IMG/VR virus record: IMGVR_UViG_3300010338_000470
Strand: one strand, 5' to 3'
Source: a virus
Lineage: Duplodnaviria; Caudoviricetes
Length of the DNA stretch: 64,000 nucleotides
This document shows, one piece after another, positions 9,986 through 20,046 of this stretch. Made by a program: the position numbers and the translations under genes. Position 1 is the stretch's first letter; each line of letters starts with the position of its first letter. The notes under the pieces are model-generated. The model was given only the letters and a program-made list of their open reading frames with translations, was not told the origin of the DNA and did not search any database.

Positions 9986-10650
9986 TTCACATCCGGCTGT
10001 TCCTCATCATAATCGTCAACGAAAGCAGGGGCCTCGGCCATCGAAATCTCAAGAGGAGACTGAATGTCATCACCATCATCAACGACCTCAGCATCCACGA
10101 TGTCGTCCAGGTTCGCCACCTCGCGAAGCCTAGTGAAGATCTGATCGTCAATGATGCCAGACTCATGGAAAATCTTGAGCAACTCCCTTGCCTCGATTTC
10201 GGGGGTACGCTCAGCGACGGTTTCATCATCAGGATTGACGGGAGGAGCCCCCTGACCCCCACGGCCACCAGTGTTGACCTCGGCTTCATCCATCTTCAGG
10301 AGCTTGTGCTTCTTGTCCATGATGGCAAGACAAACCTTGGCAGCGTCCGGTGAAGGGGGGATCACGAGATCCTCTCCCCCATCAGGATTTTCCAACTTCT
10401 GGGGCCTAGTGTATGGAGAGTATGAATCCCAGAGGGCCTCTAGTCGCTGATAGTCGGTGACTAGTTCCGCAGCGTAATCAATCGCCAGGTGACGCATCAT
10501 CCTGTCGACGTGACGCTTGTACCCCTTGTAGGCTGCGCTTTCGCTAACCCCCAAGGCTTTCCCGATGACTCGGAAGTTTTTGCCAGCCTTCTTCAGTTCG
10601 AAGATGGTGGCGTCACGTTCAATGATTACAGCTTCAGGAAGACGTGCCAT
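9967..10650 (-). CDS. HTH DNA-binding protein, possibly terminase small subunit-like
   Basis: N-terminal HTH (GKNFRVIGKALGVSESAAY); acidic C-terminus with IVDAEVV. Confidence 0.6.
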   Translation of the reverse strand: MARLPEAVIIERDATIFELKKAGKNFRVIGKALGVSESAAYKGYKRHVDRMMRHLAIDYAAELVTDYQRLEALWDSYSPYTRPQKLENPDGGEDLVIPPSPDAAKVCLAIMDKKHKLLKMDEAEVNTGGRGGQGAPPVNPDDETVAERTPEIEARELLKIFHESGIIDDQIFTRLREVANLDDIVDAEVVDDGDDIQSPLEISMAEAPAFVDDYDEEQPDVKWRPEL

Positions 10651-10675
10651 GTATATACACTACACGTCAAGCCAA

Positions 10676-11005
10676 CTACAGCTCCCCCATGATGGAGATC
10701 TTCGAACTCTGATACTCTGGATCGTTTATTGGAGTAACCCACACTTGAGCAAACTCGTCATCCAAATCACTGTCCCCAGGAACCCCAATCCAAGCAATCT
10801 CCACAGGCCCCTGAATTCGTGACTGCCCAATATTGCACTCTGGCCCAAAGATGCCAACGAAACGTTGGACCACGCAAAAGTTCCTACGTCTATTGCAAAA
10901 AGCAGAAGAGCCCGTCATGGGGCAATCAACGTGAGAAATAGAAATTTCATCACCGTCGATTTCAAAGTTCAGCTTGTGGCCATCCTCGGTCCACTCATAG
11001 CTCAT
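10676..11005 (-). CDS. hypothetical protein
   Basis: ORF track; fits the operon. Confidence 0.6.
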   Translation of the reverse strand: MSYEWTEDGHKLNFEIDGDEISISHVDCPMTGSSAFCNRRRNFCVVQRFVGIFGPECNIGQSRIQGPVEIAWIGVPGDSDLDDEFAQVWVTPINDPEYQSSKISIMGEL

Positions 11006-11636
11006 CAGGATTCTCCAAGCCTAGGAACTCTGAAGCCAGCCGGAACCCCTCCAGAGTCATCGTGCCATGCTTGAGGCTCTGGCTCGAAAGATTAGCCTTC
11101 CACCAATCGAGGAGGGCAGCCTTATCCTCCTCAGGGAGACCCCCCAGGGCTTCATGAATCAGCTTATGTTGGACTGGAGAAGCCTTCTCAGCAAGAGCGT
11201 TCAGCTCCGCTTCGATTGCCTCCTCCGAACGGGCCAAACTCAGCCCCACCCCAAAAGCCTGAACAGCCTTCTTGAAAGCGTCAGAGGAAGCACCCTTGAA
11301 CTCATCGCCCAGATCTAACGGTGCTCCATCACCCTTTGACAGCTTGATCTTCTGACCACCCCATCCAATCCTGGGTACCCAGCAATCCCGGTCATGGGAA
11401 AAAATCTCCACCACAACCTTGGCGATAACCCAATCAGGGTTGGAGGAATCGATCCAGGCATCTGAAGACGAAATGCGCCATCCGTCAACACCCAAAGCGC
11501 CATTCATCCTGGCAATTACCTCGCTTACTGGGATATAGGTGAGTCTAGCCCCACCCTTCTTGACCTCCCTCAGATTCTCCTCAGGGAAGTCATAACCCAA
11601 AGCCTTGAAATGATCCTTAGATGAAGTCGTCGTCAT
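10995..11636 (-). CDS. Rad52/Sak-like single-strand annealing protein
   Basis: LTYIPVSEVIARMN..LGVDGW; FKGASSDAFKKAVQAFGVGLSL. Confidence 0.85.
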   Translation of the reverse strand: MTTTSSKDHFKALGYDFPEENLREVKKGGARLTYIPVSEVIARMNGALGVDGWRISSSDAWIDSSNPDWVIAKVVVEIFSHDRDCWVPRIGWGGQKIKLSKGDGAPLDLGDEFKGASSDAFKKAVQAFGVGLSLARSEEAIEAELNALAEKASPVQHKLIHEALGGLPEEDKAALLDWWKANLSSQSLKHGTMTLEGFRLASEFLGLENPDEL

Positions 11637-12171
11637 TGTCTTCCTTTTCCTCAGTCTTCACGGCACCAACAGAAGTGATCTTGAAGCTAACCTTACCCGG
11701 CTTCTTAGTAGAGAAGCTATCAGGATTCAAGCCAAGCGCCCTTAGTTCAGTCAACTTCCAAGACAAGCTTGTCGTCTCCAAGGCTTCCTCTATCAGCACA
11801 ACAGGAGAACAGTCTAGGGTTCCAGTCTTCGAATCTAGATGTCGATCAACGAGCCTCTCAGCGGCAGCTGACCGGAGAGCCTGATGGTTCCACTGCACCC
11901 TACTAGAACCCGTCCTGCGTTCGATCGCCACCCCGGAGTTGGGAACCTCCAGAATTTCCCCATCAGCCATAAGGATAGCCAGAAGCTTCTCGATCTCGGA
12001 GGAACCCAAAGAAAGTGCCCCCGTGAGATCACGCAAGGCGAGAAGAACCTCGGCCACCTCAGACATGAGCTGATCCTTATCCATGACGTACTCAAGAATC
12101 GAGTTCACCAAGGAATCGACATCCGTAGTGACCTCTGAAATCTTGGACAGGAGAGTGTTCTTATCTGCCAC
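11617..12171 (-). CDS. phage hypothetical protein next to the recombinase
   Basis: 184-aa ORF overlapping its neighbours. Confidence 0.65.
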   Translation of the reverse strand: MADKNTLLSKISEVTTDVDSLVNSILEYVMDKDQLMSEVAEVLLALRDLTGALSLGSSEIEKLLAILMADGEILEVPNSGVAIERRTGSSRVQWNHQALRSAAAERLVDRHLDSKTGTLDCSPVVLIEEALETTSLSWKLTELRALGLNPDSFSTKKPGKVSFKITSVGAVKTEEKEDNDDDFI

Positions 12172-12610
12172 GCTTGGCCTCCTCGTACTTTTTAGTGCAC
12201 ATCATGCAGTACCTTGCACGCCCATCCGTGGAAGCCCTGCGACGATGGAACTTCTCCCGATCCACCCAGGCCAAACACTTTCCACACCTCTTGTTGGCCC
12301 TCATGAAGTCCTCAGCGGCATCCAACAACGACTCAGGAAGGAGCGGGATATCACTCCACTCTGGCCAAATGGCAGAAGGATGCTCCCCCAGTTTGTAAGC
12401 TACCTTGTCGGCCTCGTCAACAGAAAGGCCTTCCCGTTGAAACCTTTTGATCAAGTCTGGAGAAACCCCCAAGATGGAGCAGATTTCCTTCATCTTCGAT
12501 GCATTGATAGTACCCTCCACGGCTTCAAAGGGGAACTTCTGAGACGCCTGAGCCAGAAGTGTCTCCACTGCCTCCTCAACCATCAGCGGATGTGACTCTA
12601 GCAAGCTCAC
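12161..12610 (-). CDS. HTH plus C-terminal Zn-ribbon protein
   Basis: HTH-like ICSILGVS; CGKC...FHRRRASTDG..YCMMC. Confidence 0.65.
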   Translation of the reverse strand: MSLLESHPLMVEEAVETLLAQASQKFPFEAVEGTINASKMKEICSILGVSPDLIKRFQREGLSVDEADKVAYKLGEHPSAIWPEWSDIPLLPESLLDAAEDFMRANKRCGKCLAWVDREKFHRRRASTDGRARYCMMCTKKYEEAKRGR

Positions 12611-12809
12611 CCTGAAACCAATCCCTTCTTCTCTCAGCTGAAGCTAACCTTGCCCTCGTCAATTGAAGGTCATCCAGTAGCTTCTCCTGAACTGCCCCGA
12701 CCTTTTCTTCGAGAAACCCCCAAAGTTCTTCCGTGAAGACCTCAGCTTCCTCGGGTTTCAACTCGGAATGACTCTCGACCCATTCCTGCAACTCTGACCT
12801 AAGATCCAT
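12576..12809 (-). CDS. hypothetical protein
   Basis: ORF track. Confidence 0.55.
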   Translation of the reverse strand: MDLRSELQEWVESHSELKPEEAEVFTEELWGFLEEKVGAVQEKLLDDLQLTRARLASAERRRDWFQGELARVTSADG

Positions 12810-13230
12810 CTGGATTCAAAGTCTCTCTCATCATCAGGAAGTTCTGGAATCCAGCCCTCCCGGCCATCTTCTCAACCTCTGTCAAAGGGGGAGCCACCTC
12901 CAGCGTCTCTCCGCCCTCAGCAGGGGGCCTCTCGGTTACCACAAGAGAGCCTTGACTTCCGATCACTCCAAAGTTACCGCAGTCATCACATCCCTCGCCC
13001 CCGCAAGAAGAACACACCAGGAGAACGGAGTCGTCAACGGCTCCAGTGGCACGCAAGCAGGAGCGTGTCTTGCCATCGTAGGCAAACGCTGGGATCCAAT
13101 GAACATTTCCACCGCCCATTGAAACAACTTCTGAATCCATAGATCCAACTTCCAGAGGAATGCCAACCCCGCAATCCTTACAGAAAGTGCCCTCGGATGT
13201 CAGCTCAACAACATGCACGTAGTCAGTCAA
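12799..13230 (-). CDS. hypothetical Zn-binding protein
   Basis: CKDC, CSSCGGEGCDDC. Confidence 0.6.
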   Translation of the reverse strand: MTDYVHVVELTSEGTFCKDCGVGIPLEVGSMDSEVVSMGGGNVHWIPAFAYDGKTRSCLRATGAVDDSVLLVCSSCGGEGCDDCGNFGVIGSQGSLVVTERPPAEGGETLEVAPPLTEVEKMAGRAGFQNFLMMRETLNPDGS

Positions 13231-13456
13231 GGCTATCTCCCGTCGGTGTTATGACATTCAACGAAACCCAAGGTTTCTGATTGTCGAACTCGTAAACAGT
13301 GGAGCTTCCGACTTGGTAGTAATTGGCCCACTCAGGGAAGCCCAACCTCAACCTTGAAGGTGGAGGAATGCAAACTCTAAGAGTTTCTCCATCTCTCGGC
13401 CCGCCACGCAGATCGATGTCTACAGCATTGGGGGCCTTCTCGTTCTTCTTTGCCAT
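13223..13456 (-). CDS. hypothetical protein
   Basis: LRGGPRDG motif; TGATG coupling. Confidence 0.6.
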   Translation of the reverse strand: MAKKNEKAPNAVDIDLRGGPRDGETLRVCIPPPSRLRLGFPEWANYYQVGSSTVYEFDNQKPWVSLNVITPTGDSLD

Positions 13457-14049
13457 CAGAAATCCTTAACTTTGATCTTGGCGACAGGCTCATCGAAAAA
13501 CCACCACACTACCCCTTCGATGTTTACGGATTTGTTTACCTGTGAACGTTGACCTGGCAGCCAGTCCGCCAATTCATCAAAGGAAAGAGGAGCGTTTTCG
13601 ATTACAGGAGGAAGCGGAATGGTGGACGACAAGGTCTCTCTCCATGGAAGCAACGAGAAGAGGAAGACAACGTGCTCCTTCAGCCCGAGAGGATTACCTT
13701 GAATCTTAGGGCCAACAGCCTCCCCCGACCACTCACCATCAGGAACGCCCATCAGGGGTGTGTTCCGGGCAGCATTCCAGAGCCAATAGTCCGAGTTTCG
13801 CTGCTCTTCCGGCTGAGCGTCACGGTACCAGGGGTGGACGATCCCGTCTTCCTTCTGGATACGCGTCGGGTTGCGACGTGCTTCCAGACGCACGAGCTGA
13901 CCAGACCTTACCGTCAAGCGAACATTCGCCCCATCCAGTTTCTCCGTGGCCAGCCATTCGACGGATGGCGGGGTGACATGATCCGACAATATGTCGGTCA
14001 CTCGACCATTTTTAGCACGGGTGAACAGGGTGGAAATCTTCTCCATCAA
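13456..14049 (-). CDS. RNA ligase-like nucleotidyltransferase
   Basis: Motif I ATEKLDG, GEAVGPKIQGNP, motif IV IEGVVW, motif V AKIKVKDF. Confidence 0.75.
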   Translation of the reverse strand: MMEKISTLFTRAKNGRVTDILSDHVTPPSVEWLATEKLDGANVRLTVRSGQLVRLEARRNPTRIQKEDGIVHPWYRDAQPEEQRNSDYWLWNAARNTPLMGVPDGEWSGEAVGPKIQGNPLGLKEHVVFLFSLLPWRETLSSTIPLPPVIENAPLSFDELADWLPGQRSQVNKSVNIEGVVWWFFDEPVAKIKVKDF

Positions 14050-14813
14050 ACATCCTTGAAGTCTCTAGTATCCATGATGGTCCAGCTGAATCCATCGCCA
14101 GAAAGGTTGCAGTCCAAGCCGCGGAAGATAGTACCATCCACGATCTCCTTGTAGTCAACGTGGTAGTGTCCATGCACCATGACGTCAGGACGAACCGCTA
14201 AGCGAATCTCCTCCAAGGCCCGACGGTTAGCGTCGGCCTCAGGGATCAACTTATAGCTTCTTCCCTTCATGAGTAAAAGCTTCTCAAGGATGGGGGCTAC
14301 GGAACTGACGTCGTGAGTGACCATGACATCGACCTTCCCCACAGCCTTACCGTAGGCAACATCGTCATCAGACAACGACTCCTCTGGGAACCAGTCCTGC
14401 CCCATCGTACGAGAGGGCTTGTCAACGCTGTACGCCCCTCCCATCGCCATAAACGAAACCCCATCCCAGGTCCATGAATGCCCGCGGGGGACGTACAGGA
14501 GGTTGGAGTTGTCATGGTGGTCGTAATAGGGGACCTTGGTGGGGATGAAGGCACCCCTAACGCCCCTTGTTAGGTTGCCCAAAGCCCAATGGTCTTCGTG
14601 GTTTCCGTCAATCCAGTAAAGGGGGATCCCAGAGTCCTCAGTAAGCTTCACTGCCCCCTTCAGGAACCTCTGCCCTCCTGCATTCCTTGGCCAATACCCA
14701 AAATCCCCAAGGGCGAACAGGACATCAACGTCAAATCGCTTGGCCACACGGAACAGATACTCCAGGTGGCTGCGATCAGCGTGGATGTCTCCAGCGAATA
14801 GGATTCTAGTCAT
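14046..14813 (-). CDS. calcineurin-like metallophosphoesterase
   Basis: GDIH, LGDFG, DGNHED, VTHD, HGHYH. Confidence 0.9.
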   Translation of the reverse strand: MTRILFAGDIHADRSHLEYLFRVAKRFDVDVLFALGDFGYWPRNAGGQRFLKGAVKLTEDSGIPLYWIDGNHEDHWALGNLTRGVRGAFIPTKVPYYDHHDNSNLLYVPRGHSWTWDGVSFMAMGGAYSVDKPSRTMGQDWFPEESLSDDDVAYGKAVGKVDVMVTHDVSSVAPILEKLLLMKGRSYKLIPEADANRRALEEIRLAVRPDVMVHGHYHVDYKEIVDGTIFRGLDCNLSGDGFSWTIMDTRDFKDV

Positions 14814-14859
14814 AGCAGCACTCGATTGCTCGAAGGAAAGAGAACCCTACCACCTGAAT

Positions 14860-15174
14860 CTACACAGGTTCGAGTTCTTGCTCTTGTAGGTACGTGTTGG
14901 AGGTCCAACTGGAACGTTGCGAATACTGAAGGCTGCGGGGATGATTGTGCCCAGGCCCCCTGTTCACGCGGGGGGCATTAAAGGCATCGTCGCGCTGCCT
15001 CTGACGCAGCGGTGGGGTCCCTGAACAGGTAAGGAACAGGGCCGAGGAAGGCCCATCCCCACCGTAAACTCTCTTAGCCACAATCTTCCCATTGTCTGAA
15101 ATCGCTAGAGCCTCGGAAGTATCGCAGCTCCCGGTCAACAAAACGAAACCCTTGGTCATCTTAAGTGTAGGCAC
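14860..15174 (-). CDS. hypothetical, probably virion-associated protein
   Basis: C-terminal PPLRQRQRDD...NTY motif; GGAGG upstream. Confidence 0.5.
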   Translation of the reverse strand: MPTLKMTKGFVLLTGSCDTSEALAISDNGKIVAKRVYGGDGPSSALFLTCSGTPPLRQRQRDDAFNAPRVNRGPGHNHPRSLQYSQRSSWTSNTYLQEQELEPV

Positions 15175-15179
15175 GATAC

Positions 15180-15950
15180 CTAACTACCTCCCCCTGTTTC
15201 CAACACCACAGAAGAACCATCACAATCTATCCCAATGTCAACGATGAAGTCGGGGCCAAGATCCGTAGTGCTGTCTATGAGAATTCCATCCGGTGACCAC
15301 AACGACAATTCTTGTTCGGCCACACTAAGCCATTCTAGAGTCCAAAAGGATCCATCCTTGGCGGCAACAGTCTTAGGGTTCCTTTCGGAGAAAGACACGC
15401 TCTCTCCTGTCCAGGGGACAACAAAATCCACATCAGAAAAATCTGATTCAACCAACACAATGGCCCCCTTGCCTAGAAACTCGCCTGAATCCAAATCCCA
15501 CCTGTAGGCGTAAAGGTTAGCTAAATACTTGTATGAAGTATTGAGACAGTGGAGGAAGTCAAACCCCCAGCTATCCATCCCCGACAGGGCATCGACTAGA
15601 TTGATGCTTTGGAGGGTGCCGCTATCGTTCACGTGCGTCAAGTAGAATCCGGTCACTGCCGTGTCCGGGTCCCTGGAGTTTCCCAACACGAAACCCCCGC
15701 TCGTCCTATTCAAGGTAAAGTTCCTGGTAAACCAGTAATCCGCAGCGTCGGGAATGGTATCCATGGGGTCGAAAAGGCTGACATCGCCCGACCCGTCGCT
15801 CGAAGCAACGTCAGGATCAACCCTATGGATACCATAGGACATGGTGTCGTAGACCCCAGCCCAATAGAACATTTCGGACGATCCAGACCCAATAGCAACC
15901 TGTGAGTCATCTAGATTCTCCCTGTTCCAAGAAGTGACATCCCAGCACAT
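15180..15950 (-). CDS. hypothetical protein in tail region
   Basis: 256-aa ORF; TGATG coupling. Confidence 0.65.
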   Translation of the reverse strand: MCWDVTSWNRENLDDSQVAIGSGSSEMFYWAGVYDTMSYGIHRVDPDVASSDGSGDVSLFDPMDTIPDAADYWFTRNFTLNRTSGGFVLGNSRDPDTAVTGFYLTHVNDSGTLQSINLVDALSGMDSWGFDFLHCLNTSYKYLANLYAYRWDLDSGEFLGKGAIVLVESDFSDVDFVVPWTGESVSFSERNPKTVAAKDGSFWTLEWLSVAEQELSLWSPDGILIDSTTDLGPDFIVDIGIDCDGSSVVLETGGGS

Positions 15951-16291
15951 CAGATGTCTCCGCTCCTTACCGACAGATGAACAGACCCTTTAGGTCCACT
16001 CAAAGTGAGGTGCCTGGTCCCGACGGGAACAAATAGACTCATGCCAGCTTGAAGTATAACAGGCGAAGCTCCATCAAAGAACCAAGTCTTTGACCCCGTT
16101 AACTGAACTGCAAACAAATCGTACCCGTCGGCATGCAGCTCGCATCTAACACCTGGCGGTGAAATGTACAGGTTCGAATGTGGGTTAGGGTAAAACCTCC
16201 TAGCTCCATCCAAGCTAGGAGGTTTCAGCAAATGGAAATTGCGCACCCTAATCGTACCGTTGGGAAGTCGGCCAAAGCAAACCTTCACCAT
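15950..16291 (-). CDS. minimal JmjC/cupin 2OG-Fe(II) oxygenase
   Basis: NLYISPPG...HADGYDLFAVQLTGSKTW...FVPVGTRH...SVHLSV. Confidence 0.75.
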   Translation of the reverse strand: MVKVCFGRLPNGTIRVRNFHLLKPPSLDGARRFYPNPHSNLYISPPGVRCELHADGYDLFAVQLTGSKTWFFDGASPVILQAGMSLFVPVGTRHLTLSGPKGSVHLSVRSGDI

Positions 16292-19230
16292 CAGTCAGGC
16301 CCAAAGTCAGCAGGAGTACGTTGCGGCTCAGCGCGAATCTCCATAGGGTTGGCGATGGCGTCAGTGGACGCAAAGTTGAACCCAGCGTCTGGTCCAGGGT
16401 AGAGACGCCCTGAAATGGCACATGTCTGAGTTACCCAGAAGGCAACATAAATCCAAGGTGGTTCAGAAGACCAGAAGTTCCAACTGCTTGAATCGACCAT
16501 ACGTCCCGTGGCGGGGTCACCATCACTCTGAGCCCCAGGGAAGTACCCGGCCATCTGATCAGCGTCACCCCAAGAGATCATCAACCCCAAATCCTCAGGG
16601 AAGTTCTTCCAGAAATCTTCATCCATTGGGGAGCCAAGCGACTGCAACTTGTTGGCCGTGATGTGGCGATCAAACATGGCCACAGAGTAGGTGGAAGCCG
16701 GAGCAAAGGACTGGAATTCAGTCTTCACCACCGTCCCAAGTTCCCCTACGGGAATCTTGATGACATTCCAGAGGCCACCTGGGCTCACGAAATAAGGGAT
16801 ATAACCGGCCTTCGATTCACAGTCGAAGACAACACTGTCGTTCACCTGCTTGGAGGAGTTATTGGAGGGCCTTGTGGGCTGTAAAGCCCAGTCTCCGATT
16901 GTTCTATCCCTCTCGATCATAGCGGTCACAGACATCAAGTCTCGCGCCTTCGAGTCCACCGTGAGCGTAACGGACAACCCAACCATGTCGATATCAGCTC
17001 CAGCGATATGAAGCATCAGGTCTTCGCCCCTGTAGTTCCTCAAGAGAAGGTTGTCACCAGCCTTGATCCTGAATCTTGAACCTTCCTCCGGGTCAATACT
17101 AAGGGTGACTGTTCCCGCCCACCCTGGGGTGACGTTTCTCTTTGCTTCATTTTGGGCCGCAATGGTGGCCTCCCTCAACGAAGAATGCTCCCCGTGCGAA
17201 GCGAAAGACTCGATCCGCATGATACTTCGGTCAAAGCTAGGGTTGTCTCCAATGGAGGCTCCGTTTGCGTTGTAGATGAAGGGCTCAACCCTGGGATCAA
17301 TGGCCAGTGGGGCTATGTAGGCAGAGGAGAGGTCCCCGCCAGAAGACCCTGGCTGGAAAGTGGCTGTCCACGTCTGAGGGCCGATGACCCCATCCACGAG
17401 GATTCCAGCCAAGGACTGGAACCACTTGCAAATGTTGCGATCGTAGACATCAAAATATCCATCGACCGTGATGGGCCAACCGCAATCCTTCATCCTCTGC
17501 TGCCAAACGCTGACTCCAGGAGCGTTAGCGTTCGTCGTCGTTGACATGTAGTATCCGGGCCAGAGAGGAGGTGGGCTTCCGGGGTTAAAGTTTGGGTACT
17601 TGGTGTTTCTCCACTTGCAGTTTCCTGTATCAGTACCCTCTCCATAGAACGTGTTGGGATTCTGAGTAGCATCACGGTTCAAGCTGAAAGCCACACCGGG
17701 CTGTCCAGTGGAAACCGTCCAATCCGCTGTCCAGGTGTCCTTGGTTCTCACGACAGGTCTGCGGCCATCGATCTTCATCAACGTGTACTGATTGACCTTG
17801 CCTCCCGATGAAGGATCCAGTGAGAATTCAGCAGTTCCGTAGTAGGTGGCGTCACCGTAAGTGTTGATCTTTCCATCTGAGCGAACAAGAACATAACCCT
17901 CCCCAGACTCAGTCATGCTCATATCCCTATACCCATAGTGGGTGTAGTCAATAGGACCAGGCTGACCGCGATGAACAGCGTCCCCTTGCGTGAAGATTCG
18001 CCCAGCGGCATCTAGGACATAGATACCATTTCCGGTAGGTGAGGTTTCGATAGCGAGCATGGGGGTGTCGATGATCTGCACATTCGCAAAGGAGGTAGCG
18101 TCACCAAACGCATGGATCTCTCCTCCCCACGAAAGCAACCAGTACCCGTTGCCTGACGGAGTACGAGCCATGTCAATATAGATGTCATTGAGACTGTAAG
18201 GGGTGGCAGAGTAGTGCTTAACGCTGAGCGCAGGCCCATCACCGTAGTGTGTGGCAGCCCCATAACACTTGACTTGGCCGAAGATGTTCATGATCCGATA
18301 GCCAGTCATCCCGTCAAGGCCGTGGATAGCGTGGTAGTTCAACTCTGGGTGGTTGGCGGCATCCCCAAACCACGGGTCCCACCCTGGTTCATCTGTCTTG
18401 TTCTTGGTTCTACGCCCAACATGCCCGCCCTTGGAGAGATAGTAGATCTCCTTGCGGGTCTTGTCGTACCACATGTCCGTGACGCGCAAGCCTTCATCCT
18501 TGAAAAGGTGAATGAAGATGGCATTCCACCAAGTTGCAGAACCATAGTTGGGGAACCTTTCCCCGAATGAAGAGAACGTGGCGTGGTCGCCCAGGGCCAC
18601 GTACCCACCATTTCCAGCAGCCACAGCCACAGCTGTTTCATCATCCCTGAAGTAAGCCGGAGAGTAAGCCTGGCTAAGCAATTCCTGAATCCACCCCGTC
18701 AACAGAGGATTCCAGGAGCCGCGATTGCGATGAGGGACAGACATCCACGTCAACCAGTTCATCTGCTTCGTTCTGAGGCCGTAATAGCGAGCCCTTAGAT
18801 TCATTTCCGTAGCGATGGAAATTCCAGCATCCTCGACTGGGAACCCAAAACTGGGGGCCTTGAGGAACAAGTCTGCCTGGTACAGCGCCCCAACACACCC
18901 AATGGTAAGCGAATTGTTCGAGCCGTCCATTACGTCATCTAGGGACCCAATGAACCCCTCCCACAGAGCCTTGCCAACCTTCTGGTTGTTCTTGTCGACC
19001 TGATAGATGTCGACATTATCGAACTCTTTGAAAGGTAAATCCTCAACGCTTTCATAGGAAGTGATGCCAGGGAACTCTAGAGTGCAGGCCTTGTCGTCAA
19101 ATGGCTCAGCGGAGCCCCACCCGTGGACAATTGTTGGTTGCCCACGATAGAAGGAAAGGTCCTGGTTGCCAATGACAACCTGAAGTCTTCCCCAGTCTTC
19201 AGTTACGACACTGGAAGCTTCCCAAGTCAT
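16291..19230 (-). CDS. minor tail protein with beta-propeller repeats and a peptidoglycan-binding domain
   Basis: Repeats of the TPSGNGYWLLSWGGEIHAFGDA type; WFQSLAGILVDGVIGPQTW PG-binding motif. Confidence 0.75.
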   Translation of the reverse strand: MTWEASSVVTEDWGRLQVVIGNQDLSFYRGQPTIVHGWGSAEPFDDKACTLEFPGITSYESVEDLPFKEFDNVDIYQVDKNNQKVGKALWEGFIGSLDDVMDGSNNSLTIGCVGALYQADLFLKAPSFGFPVEDAGISIATEMNLRARYYGLRTKQMNWLTWMSVPHRNRGSWNPLLTGWIQELLSQAYSPAYFRDDETAVAVAAGNGGYVALGDHATFSSFGERFPNYGSATWWNAIFIHLFKDEGLRVTDMWYDKTRKEIYYLSKGGHVGRRTKNKTDEPGWDPWFGDAANHPELNYHAIHGLDGMTGYRIMNIFGQVKCYGAATHYGDGPALSVKHYSATPYSLNDIYIDMARTPSGNGYWLLSWGGEIHAFGDATSFANVQIIDTPMLAIETSPTGNGIYVLDAAGRIFTQGDAVHRGQPGPIDYTHYGYRDMSMTESGEGYVLVRSDGKINTYGDATYYGTAEFSLDPSSGGKVNQYTLMKIDGRRPVVRTKDTWTADWTVSTGQPGVAFSLNRDATQNPNTFYGEGTDTGNCKWRNTKYPNFNPGSPPPLWPGYYMSTTTNANAPGVSVWQQRMKDCGWPITVDGYFDVYDRNICKWFQSLAGILVDGVIGPQTWTATFQPGSSGGDLSSAYIAPLAIDPRVEPFIYNANGASIGDNPSFDRSIMRIESFASHGEHSSLREATIAAQNEAKRNVTPGWAGTVTLSIDPEEGSRFRIKAGDNLLLRNYRGEDLMLHIAGADIDMVGLSVTLTVDSKARDLMSVTAMIERDRTIGDWALQPTRPSNNSSKQVNDSVVFDCESKAGYIPYFVSPGGLWNVIKIPVGELGTVVKTEFQSFAPASTYSVAMFDRHITANKLQSLGSPMDEDFWKNFPEDLGLMISWGDADQMAGYFPGAQSDGDPATGRMVDSSSWNFWSSEPPWIYVAFWVTQTCAISGRLYPGPDAGFNFASTDAIANPMEIRAEPQRTPADFGPD

Positions 19231-19580
19231 TCTGGTTTTCCATTTTCGTTTATGATTGGGTCAGTCATCACCGGACTGACACGCTTAAGCATAACAAATC
19301 GACTGGCAGGGTCAACAGGTTCAACGGCAACATCAAGGTACCCGGTAAAGAAGAGCTTGAAGCGAACTGGGCGATCCGTTTCCTCGACGGGCGTGCGCAT
19401 GGCTGCATCAGACTGAGTTAGATCCACCCAGCCTTCCCGCGTGCCCAGACTGAAGGAGGCGGCACCACTTAGGGAAAGGGGAGTGAGGGTGATCCATTCG
19501 CCACTCCTGACATCAAGACGAGTGAACCTTCGGGGAGCCCTGCGCTTTCTTACGTTGGAGTTGGATTGCACATAGGGCAT
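19227..19580 (-). CDS. hypothetical virion-region protein
   Basis: GGAGG RBS; ATGA overlap. Confidence 0.6.
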   Translation of the reverse strand: MPYVQSNSNVRKRRAPRRFTRLDVRSGEWITLTPLSLSGAASFSLGTREGWVDLTQSDAAMRTPVEETDRPVRFKLFFTGYLDVAVEPVDPASRFVMLKRVSPVMTDPIINENGKPE

Positions 19581-19592
19581 AAACCCTCCAAC

Positions 19593-20036
19593 TCACTCAG
19601 CAAATTGCATTGAAGCGAAAGCATTGAGGCCCACCTGCGATTCCACCTTAACGGCCAAACGGCCACTCTCGGGAATAACAGGCTCTTCCCCTGGGGCAAA
19701 CGAGATGGAGAACGCTGACCCGCTAGGGGTAGCAAACCAGGAGAAGAGAATGTCCCCATCCGTGGGCTCGACTGTGTAGAGACGCCTGCAAGTCGTGCCT
19801 GCCGCTGGGGCATCCATGTCTAGCGGGGTGGCCGTATCCGTCGTGGCTGTACCCGCAGTAGTCTGGCGCAAAAGATGAACCTTCGCGGGGGTAGCAGAGG
19901 CCGCCCCATCGAAGCTTACACTCAAAAACTGTAGCCTAACCCTCTTGTCGGACGGGGCCTCCAGCTGGAGAAGAGTTTGGGGAGTAGCTATGGCTACTGC
20001 TGTTGAGGTTGTAGTTATCGAATAGACGTCAGCCAT
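19593..20036 (-). CDS. putative virion structural protein
   Basis: Thr/Ala-rich beta-type ORF in the tail module. Confidence 0.6.
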   Translation of the reverse strand: MADVYSITTTSTAVAIATPQTLLQLEAPSDKRVRLQFLSVSFDGAASATPAKVHLLRQTTAGTATTDTATPLDMDAPAAGTTCRRLYTVEPTDGDILFSWFATPSGSAFSISFAPGEEPVIPESGRLAVKVESQVGLNAFASMQFAE

Positions 20037-20046
20037 GATTTGATCC

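Noticed and set aside
15174-15195. Programmed frameshift or readthrough joining 15180-15950 and 14860-15174
   Set aside because: The downstream frame has a TAG at 15184-15186, right after the G-run; a GGAGG supports an independent start
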